The position numbers and the translations under genes are program-made. Positions 46,801 to 50,524 of a stretch of DNA of 50,524 nucleotides are shown piece by piece. Source of the DNA: Chromera velia. Its lineage: Eukaryota. The first letter of the stretch is position 1. The number at the start of each line of letters is the position of its first letter. Under the pieces are notes generated by a model, which was given only the letters and a program-made list of their open reading frames with translations, was not told the DNA's origin and did not search any database. The stretch lies in contig JAHBMJ010000342.1 in the NCBI GenBank assembly GCA_018398765.1, positions 1 to 50,524 on the forward strand, in the 5' to 3' direction.

Positions 46801-49800
46801 AGGGGACGCCTTCATTCACTGTCTCCTTCTCACTTCTTTCTGCTGCTTTGACACATTTCGGGTTATCCCTGGCTTCCTCTTTAATTTAAGAAAAAGAGAC
46901 TGGAAGAGGCGGAGAAAAAATGAGTAGAGGAGGAGCAAAGAGAGAAGAAATCTTTAAAAAGATATCTGGTTTAACGAGAAAAGAAGAAAAAGCGAGGGGA
47001 CAACCCGTGCATGTCTCTGTATCCCTTCTGTATCTTCTCCCTGCAGGGGGATGCCGGTACTTTAGAGGCCCTCTGGGTTCTCTAGGTATTGCCTCTCCCC
47101 CTCGCAGCACGGGCCCGGAGTAAGTGGGGGCCTTAGTAGAGCCAGCCGTCTCTGCATGAACATCTGCGTGAAGCTAGATGGTGTACCGCCAGGCGTCTCC
47201 TTCCGATAGGTCTGGCCGGGTGCCATTCATTGGTTGATGTCCGTTGTCTTGATTTGCCCTTCCCTGCCTCTGTCACTTTGTATCCATCTCTTCTCTCACG
47301 CCGGAATACAAAGTTTGCTGTGTTTCTCTCTCATGTAACTCCAGTGCTTTTAGTTGCTTGCCCCGGTCTATATCCGTTGTATTGGGTTGATCTACAGTGT
47401 TGGTGATAACGAGCAAAGAGATGCACATGCAGTCTTTGGGAAGGAAGTGAGATAGAAGAGAGAGGAGGAAATGATGTGGATAGACGTATGTGAGGCTTTC
47501 TGCTGCTGCCCTCTGGTTTCGCCGTCTCTTCGTGTTTTGTTCGAACCTCTGTCTACCCGTCACTTGCATTCAGAAAAGAAAAGTGGAAGGAGATCTCTTA
47601 CAGGTATACTATTCTTTTTGTCGCCCGCGTCCTTCCAGCAAGCCGGTCTGAGAAAGAGAGAGAGAGAGTGAAAGAAAGCGAAACGAAGTCGGGAAACGGA
47701 GTTGGCTACCTCTTTCCTTCCGCCAGTTCCACCTTTTTCTTTTCGATCACTTTGTCGTTGGTGGTGTTCGATCTGCGTCTTTGTTTTGAAACCACGGAGG
47801 TATGAGAGGTGCAGCTTTGTCTTTTCATCTCGCTTCAAGGGGAACGAAGGCAGCGTGAAAAAGCAATAAGAGAAGGAGGAAACGGTCACACTGCGCGATT
47901 TGAAGAGTGGAGATTTGTTGGTATGCGTTTGTCTGTCCTTCTTAGAATTTTTGCATTGGCACCGCCTCCGTTTTCTAATTTACCGACTTCCGGTGCCCTC
48001 TAATACTATCCCGTTTATGTGGATAGTTTAGAATGTAAAGATCTAATGTGGTGGGAGTATGTATATACATATTTGCATGCCTGAGCTTTTGACCCGCGAC
48101 TTCTAAGACAAATCTATCCTGAACGGTCTCCAACAGTAAAACGGTCTCCAAAACAACCATACCTCTCAAGCTTTTTTAGGTAGTAAACAATATTTAAAAG
48201 CTTAAAACAAAGAGTTTTAAGCGATCAAACAGTACGATTTCCTGTTTTTAAATTAATTGGGTTTAGTGAGAGAAAAAAGTATATTGTATTTGACCGTGCG
48301 GCGTACGTGTTTCGTGCGTCAATGCACGCGCCTGTCATGCATGCAATTAAGGCGGCGGCGGGGAGCACCGGAATTAAGGTGGCTTTGCTGAGGAGCTGGG
48401 GTTGCTTTACAGTTCCGTGAGTCCATGTGAAAACGGGATTAGACCGACTCCAACACTAATTCCGACTCTAAAATTTTTTTAAATATACAAACAGTTTAAA
48501 CTAGTTTAAACATATTCAAAATCGTTTAAGTGTATCTTTAGCGATTCTTTTGTTGTTTTTAAAGGTTTTAAATTAGAGCCTGGAGTGTATGAGAGTGAAG
48601 GTTGGAAGTGTTGTAGCACAGTGGCAGGCCGGGCCGGCGGGTCTGCGTGCATGCCGCGCGTGGCATGCAGTGCCGCGCCGTACGTACGTGCGTCTGTGCC
48701 GCGGCCTGCCCCAACCGGCCCGCGCGGGCTGCCACGCTTGACTGACGCACGCATCCCAATCCGAATATTCGGCTGTACGGTAAAAATCCGATTATATGCT
48801 TTTGCAGGCCGAGGCATCTGTCAGAAAGCAAGGAAGAAATTAAAAGATCCCGCTTCATTCCTTTCAGTTATAGCTCCACGTTGCTATGCAGATTTTCTGT
48901 AGAGTGCACTTGTTGTGGGCCTGTCGCTGGGGATCGTGCGCCGGTGCCGTAGTGTGGCTGCACTTTTGAGGTGGGCTAAGCTTTGCCGTCTCTTTTTAAA
49001 CAACACTTTGTATGGGCAAGGGGTTTTAATTGTTACGTCAGAAAGACCTGGGTTGATGCATCTGTTTACCCTTTTTCCTTCCTCTTCATACGGTATAGAT
49101 GCAGGAGTTTGGAGCTCTCGCTTGCCTTTCGTGTGCGGAAGGAGTTGCGTTCGTCTCGTCTCTTTGATCAGTTAGGGGTTGGGCATCTCTGGGTACAACG
49201 CGGCTTCAGTCGGTCAACTCATATCAGGGAATGATCCACGTGGGTTCCTCTATTCACCCATCCTTCTTTTCACTCTGGCTGCGTGGATACAGGGTTTGGT
49301 GCTCCCTCGCGTGCTCTCCGGTAAGTTTATCAGGCTGAGCTTGTTTGTCTCACTGCTTAGCAATGCACCCCATTCCATCAGGTCAGAGCATAATGCACCT
49401 CAGACCCTCTTATGAAACTTCATCCTTTTCTTGTTTGGTGGTTGCACGCAGGATCTGAGACTACTTTTTGCCTTTGCTGAGGAGCTGGGGTTGCTTTCGC
49501 CATTCTTTTGGTGAGTTTGCAGTTCCGTCTCTCTGTGTGGGTCAGTGCATGATGCACTGTTGAGCAGATGTTTGCCTTGAACCGTCGTTTTTGGCTTTGT
49601 TGCCTCTTGGGGATGTGATTGAATACAGGTTTCATTCCTTTGATCGTGCTGAGGAGCAGCACTTGGGGCTCCGTCACGGTGTGACGACCGTCTCTCTGGG
49701 TCAGTGGTTTGTTTTCATTCGGTCCCTGTCAGTCACGTCGTTTTACGTCCATGCCTGTTAGTGAAAATCAGTTAAAGATAGTTAAAGGCATCCAGTAGGT

Positions 49801-50524
49801 ACGGTTTAGAAAGAAAGAAGAGAATTTATGGCAACCTGGGAAGAGGCAATGGGAGGAAGGGAAGGATGCTTGTCCTTACTTTCCGTTTGTCTCCCTTTGA
49901 ATGTGCTGCTTGTCTGCCTGTATTCAGGTCTGCTTTCTGTTTTTGAGACTGTACACCGGCACCAGCCCCGGCCCCGATGTGTGGATCCCGGCAGAGATAG
50001 AAGGCAGAAAAGGGGGCAAAGGAGTGAGAAGGAGAGCCCCAGAGCAGATCAAGAGAGTGAGCAGACCGGAGCGCTGGCGGAGCTGGGGGGACGTCCATCG
50101 ACGGAGGCGGGGGCAAGGACGGGGACAAAGGTGAGGGCCGGGCCCGGGGCCGGGCCATGCCGCAGCCCAGGCCGGGGCCGGCGGCATCATAGGGAGAAAT
50201 TAGAGGGAGCAGAGAAACGCCAGCTGGAGGGAGCGGTGAGACGTTTGGGCCGAGTAAATGAACGTCCGCGATTGGCAAAGGAAGCTGGGGGCGATCGGGG
50301 CCCGGCCGGGCCCGGGCCAGCGGCGTCACAAGGGAGCAGGGCCAGGGCCGGCAGCGTCACAAGTGGCCGGGGTGGCCGGTGCCCGCCGGGAAGGACACAG
50401 ACAATCCGGAGACTTGGAAAGGTCGGTGGGAGAAATTGGTGGGGAGTTAGGGCATAAAAAGTGGATTGCCTAGCTTCACGAAGGGTGCCGGTGGAAGCTG
50501 CGCTGTTTTTTTAGGCTCATTCCA

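Noticed and set aside
44947..47700. Genes or gag-like fragments among the short ORFs
   Set aside because: No motif or consistent splice structure could be recognised, so the region is left unassigned.
49826..50524. GC-rich ORFs at the window end
   Set aside because: Low-complexity GGCCGG repeats keep frames open on both strands; no domain is recognisable and the region is truncated.

Overview
Eukaryotic, intron- and microsatellite-rich DNA. Its style (GT-AG introns with CT-rich 3' ends, CxHGR zinc-repeat and RNI-type LRR proteins) suggests a chromerid alveolate such as Chromera velia; this is inferred, not verified. From left to right: a 51-bp minisatellite; a head-to-head pair made of an unknown gene (-) and a two-RRM protein with a signal/transit-like leader (+); an intronless 977-aa ORF with two tandem modules of 18-aa zinc-binding repeats plus an HNH-type nuclease (-); a Pro/Gly-rich unknown gene (-); and a non-coding A-B-A-B-A element whose 652-bp A units each carry terminal inverted repeats, with an apparent TATATA/ATAT target duplication at the outer ends. 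Next come a divergent pair of putative mRNA 3'-end factors (Nab2/ZC3H14-like and CFIm68/CPSF6-like), a 233-bp MITE, a decayed CRE-type non-LTR retrotransposon fragment, a multi-exon LRR gene, and about 6.5 kb of degenerate sequence I could not assign. No rRNA, tRNA or CRISPR array was seen. The best candidates for something new are the twin zinc-repeat/HNH nuclease and the hybrid TIR/LTR-like element. Exon boundaries were read by eye and some are approximate.
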